A DNA stretch of 64,000 nucleotides, taken from assembly GCA_963841915.1 (NCBI GenBank), contig CAWJEN010000006.1, forward strand, positions 992,001 through 1,056,000. The letters run 5' to 3'. Position numbers and translations under genes: made by a program. How positions within the stretch are numbered: position 1 is the first letter of the stretch; each line of letters starts with the position of its first letter. The stretch comes from an uncultured Planctomycetota bacterium. Its GTDB lineage: Bacteria > Planctomycetota > Phycisphaerae > Tepidisphaerales > Tepidisphaeraceae. Positions 60,435 to 64,000 of the stretch are shown here, in pieces. The notes beneath the pieces are model-generated. The model was not told where the DNA came from and did not search any database. It saw only the letters and a program-made list of their open reading frames with translations.

Positions 60435-60851
60435 TTGGGCCTGGTGCCACTGATTGGCCGCATTCTGATGCGGACAACCAGTGTCGGTGACGTACCGCAG
60501 CCCGAGCCGGGTGACGTAGTCTGCGCCGTATGTCCACACGCGTAAACCATGTCCGGCGGCGGCAGCGGCACGGTTTGCCCGCCGCAGACGGCGGCTCATA
60601 CCGTGGCACCGCGGTTCGTCCGCCGGCCGAATTATTCCGAGTCGCCTGGTGCTTTTGATTGGGCCTGGTGCCACTGATTGGCCGCATTCTGATGCGGACA
60701 ACCAGTGTCGGTGACGTACCGCAGCCCGAGCCGGGTGACGTAGTCTGCGCCGTATGTCCACACGCGTAAACCATGTCCGGCGGCGGCAGCGGCACGGTTT
60801 GCCCGCCGCAGACGGCGGCTCAAACCGTGGCACCGCGCTTCGTCCGCCGGC
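60219..60851. repeat. 224-bp tandem repeat (about 2.8 copies) of REP-doublet-like hairpin units
   Basis: Units start at 60219, 60443 and 60667 with GGTGCCACTGATTGG. Each contains an inverted GTGGCACC and two internal hairpins. Confidence 0.9.
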
Positions 60852-61060
60852 AGACACGTTGCGGGTCGCTCGGTGCCGCGGCATGTCTCATTGAGATACG
60901 TTGGCGGAACACGCGTTGCGCCGCGGCGGCCGCGGCGGCGCGTGTTGTAATCGGGCGTACGGTGTACGGCGGCGGACTTGTTTGTCCGTCCAAAAGCTGC
61001 ACGGCGAATAACATTTTTAACGCGTGGCCGACGACCCGCCGACGTACTCGGCGGAGTCGA

Positions 61061-61076
61061 TGTTCCACGTGGAACA
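61061..61076. promoter_or_regulatory. parS-like site
   Basis: TGTTCCACGTGGAACA. Confidence 0.8.
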
Positions 61077-61127
61077 TTCGGCGGCGGTTGCCGACACGGC
61101 TGGTGACGCGTGGCGAGGGTCGGCCGA

Positions 61128-61143
61128 TGTTCCACGTGGAACA
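61128..61143. promoter_or_regulatory. parS-like site
   Basis: TGTTCCACGTGGAACA. Confidence 0.8.
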
Positions 61144-61192
61144 TTCGACCCACCGCCAACCGCCGCCGCCCACGTGGCCGCCGCGGCGCAAC

Positions 61193-61229
61193 AAAAAATG
61201 CCCCGCGGCTGGTTAGGCCGCGGGGCATT
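61193..61229 (-). terminator. Intrinsic terminator of dnaK
   Basis: Minus strand AATGCCCCGCGGC-CTAACCA-GCCGCGGGGCATTTTTT. Confidence 0.8.
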
Positions 61230-61252
61230 CGTGGTGGGGGTGAAGGGAGCGC

Positions 61253-63187
61253 TTACTCCTTCTTAACTTCGTACTCGGCGTCGATGACGTCGTCGTCCTC
61301 TGGCTTGACGCGGTCGCCCTCGGCCTCGGGGGCGGCGCCTTCGGCAGAGGCGGTCGGGTCGGCATCGGCGCCACCGGCTGCGGCATAGGCGGCTTCGCCG
61401 ATCTTCATGACGGCCGTGTTGAGCGTCTCCAGCGCCTTCTTGATGACGTCGCCGTCGTCCTGGTCCTTGACCTCCTTGACGCGGTTGAGGGCGCTTTCGA
61501 CCTCGCTGCGGACGTCGCCGGGGATCTTGTCGGCGTCTTCGCCGTTGAGCAGTTTCTCGGTGCTCGTAATGGAACCGTCGGCCTGGTTGCGAAGGTCGAC
61601 GACCTCGCGACGCTTCTTGTCGGCCTCTGCGTTCTTCTCGGCGTCGGCCTTCATGCGCTCGATCTCTTCGTCGCTCAGGCCACCCGAACCCTTGACCTCG
61701 ATGGAGGCTTCCTTGCCGCTGGACTTGTCGACGGCCTTGACGCCGAGGATGCCGTTGACGTCGATGTTGAAGGTCACCTCGATCTGCGGCACGCCACGCG
61801 GCGCCGGCGGGATGTCGTTCAGGTTGAACTCGCCCAGGAGGCGGTTGTCCTTGGCAAACTCGCGCTCGCCCTGCAGGACGCGGATGGTGACCGTCGTCTG
61901 CGAGTCGGCAGCGGTGGAGAACGTCTCGCTCTTGCTGGTCGGGATGGTGGTGTTGCGCTCGATGAGCTTGGTCATCACGCCGCCCAGCGTCTCGACGCCG
62001 AGGGACAGCGGGGTCGCGTCGAGGACGAGGATGTCCTTGACGTCACCCTTGGCAATGCCGGCCTGGACGGCGGCACCCATGGCGACGACTTCGTCAGGGT
62101 TGACGCTCTTGTTCGGGTCCTTGCCGAAGATGTCCTTGACGAGCTTCTGAACGAGCGGCACGCGGGTCGAGCCGCCGACCAGGATGATCTCGTCGATCTC
62201 GCTCGGCTTGAGCTTGGCGTCTTCCAGCGCCTTCATGACCGGCTGCTTGATGCGATCGACGAAGGAGCCGATGAGGCCCTCGAACGCGCTGCGGGTCAGC
62301 GTCAGGTTGAGGTGCTTGGGACCATTTTGATCGGCTGTGATGAACGGCAGGTTGATGCCGGTCTCGACGTTGGAGCTGAGCTCCTTCTTGGCCTTTTCGG
62401 CAGCTTCCTTAAGCCGCTGCAGAGCCATGGCGTCGTTGCGGAGGTCGATGCCTTCCTGCTTCTTGAACTCGCCTGCGAGCCAGTCGATGATCTCTTCGTC
62501 AAAGTCGTCGCCGCCGAGGTGAGTGTCACCGGCGATGCTGAGCACCTCGAAGAGGGTCTCGTCGGCGTCCTTGTCGACATCGAGCACGGAGACGTCGAAC
62601 GTGCCGCCACCAAGGTCGAAGACGAAGATCTTGCCGCCCTTGTTCTTACCTTCGCCGTAGGCCAGCGCAGCCGCGGTCGGCTCGGGAAGCACGCGCAGGA
62701 CCTTCAGGCCTGCGATTTCACCGGCGTTCTTCGTGGCTTGACGCTGGGCGTCGTTGAAGTAGGCCGGCACGGTGATAACGGCCTCGTCGACCTTCTCGCC
62801 GAGGTAGTCTTCTGCGGTCTTCTTGAGGTCCTGGAGGATGAAGGCCGAGACCTGCTCGGGGGTGTATTCCTCGTTGCGGACCTTGATCTTGACGTAGTCC
62901 TCACCGCCGCCGGTGACTTCGTAAGGGACGGTCTTTTCTTCGCTGGCGACTTCGTTGTGCCGACGGCCCATGAACCGCTTGGCGCTGAAGACGGTGTTTT
63001 TGGGGTTGGTGACCTGCTGGTGGCGGGCCGGCTCACCGACGAGGCGTTCGCCCTTGTCGGTGAAGGCGACGACCGACGGCGTGATGCGGTTACCGCGGGA
63101 GTTGATGAGAACCTTGGGCTGATCGCCCTCCATGACGCTCACCACGCTGTTGGTCGTGCCGAGGTCGATTCCGATGATCTTGCTCAT
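61253..63187 (-). CDS. dnaK: Chaperone DnaK
   Basis: [46 protein letters not shown]. Confidence 0.98.
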   Translation of the reverse strand: MSKIIGIDLGTTNSVVSVMEGDQPKVLINSRGNRITPSVVAFTDKGERLVGEPARHQQVTNPKNTVFSAKRFMGRRHNEVASEEKTVPYEVTGGGEDYVKIKVRNEEYTPEQVSAFILQDLKKTAEDYLGEKVDEAVITVPAYFNDAQRQATKNAGEIAGLKVLRVLPEPTAAALAYGEGKNKGGKIFVFDLGGGTFDVSVLDVDKDADETLFEVLSIAGDTHLGGDDFDEEIIDWLAGEFKKQEGIDLRNDAMALQRLKEAAEKAKKELSSNVETGINLPFITADQNGPKHLNLTLTRSAFEGLIGSFVDRIKQPVMKALEDAKLKPSEIDEIILVGGSTRVPLVQKLVKDIFGKDPNKSVNPDEVVAMGAAVQAGIAKGDVKDILVLDATPLSLGVETLGGVMTKLIERNTTIPTSKSETFSTAADSQTTVTIRVLQGEREFAKDNRLLGEFNLNDIPPAPRGVPQIEVTFNIDVNGILGVKAVDKSSGKEASIEVKGSGGLSDEEIERMKADAEKNAEADKKRREVVDLRNQADGSITSTEKLLNGEDADKIPGDVRSEVESALNRVKEVKDQDDGDVIKKALETLNTAVMKIGEAAYAAAGGADADPTASAEGAAPEAEGDRVKPEDDDVIDAEYEVKKE

Positions 63188-63260
63188 AATGCTGTTGTTG
63201 GTCTTCGTTGTGGGTTGAGGCGTCGTCCGACGTGCGGCAACGCGGGTGCTGGCCCATATG

Positions 63261-63275
63261 GCAAGGGTCGTGCCA
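63261..63275 (-). promoter_or_regulatory. Sigma54 (-24/-12) promoter upstream of dnaK
   Basis: Minus strand TGGCACG-ACCC-TTGC with consensus spacing, about 75 bp upstream of the ATG. Confidence 0.65.
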
Positions 63276-63307
63276 CACCTGAAACCGGCGTGAGGCCGCG
63301 TGAGGGG

Positions 63308-63325
63308 CGGTTCCACGTGGAACCG
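63308..63325. promoter_or_regulatory. parS-like palindrome in the dnaK-icd intergenic region
   Basis: CGGTTCCACGTGGAACCG, a perfect 18-bp palindrome. Confidence 0.6.
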
Positions 63326-63457
63326 TGGCAGCACGGGCATGAACCGCTGCCACTATGGCGGTCGGGGCAGGACGTCTAAGCCATTGGCAAAGCCGTGTTG
63401 GAGGATCAGAACGAGGTTCCGACCGGTCGTGGTTGACGGGCGGCGTGGCCGCCGTAG

Positions 63458-64000
<543 letters not shown>

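Larger units (their letters stand above)
60915..61192. repeat. Non-coding element, copy 2: perfect 17-bp terminal inverted repeats and two parS-like sites
   Basis: GTTGCGCCGCGGCGGCC ... GGCCGCCGCGGCGCAAC; shares GGCCGACGACCCGCCGACG with copy 1. Confidence 0.7.

Noticed and set aside
60219..60851. CRISPR array
   Set aside because: The units are 224 bp with no unique spacers, and there are no cas genes in the window.
63188..63340. N-terminal extension of DnaK in the ORF track
   Set aside because: The canonical start [10 protein letters not shown] is at 63187; the extension translates the promoter and palindrome.

Overview
GC-rich bacterial chromosomal window. The 16S sequence, a LEPR-XLL protein, an H-X9-DG protein and PEP-CTERM proteins point to a planctomycete (Phycisphaerae, possibly Tepidisphaerales). 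Seven parS-like palindromes suggest the window lies near the replication origin. From left to right it contains: a GntR/LacI-regulated cluster of secreted proteins; a scar of gene and IS fragments (hsdM, cusA, P1B ATPase, IS3, resolvase); phosphatase, DUF1080 and sulfatase genes; folK-panC-lgt; lpxK-gluQ; a divergent cluster of P1B ATPase, ABC components and three SPFH proteins; GT-C and flavo-Fe-S genes; rnhA; a stand-alone 16S rRNA gene; der; an ECF sigma/RskA pair; dnaK; and icd. The main candidate for a new system is a minus-strand operon at 53.1-59.4 kb. It encodes three helical proteins that by eye resemble eukaryotic/archaeal-type ESCRT-III (one CHMP3/Vps24-like, one with a winged helix fused to an ESCRT-III-like domain as in CHMP7). 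It also encodes a Ser/Thr kinase and three zinc-ribbon membrane proteins. Also notable is a 280-300 bp non-coding element with terminal inverted repeats and two parS sites, present twice 46 kb apart. All family assignments are by motif recognition from memory; no searches were run. Three genes are split by small indels in short G/C runs, probably assembly errors.
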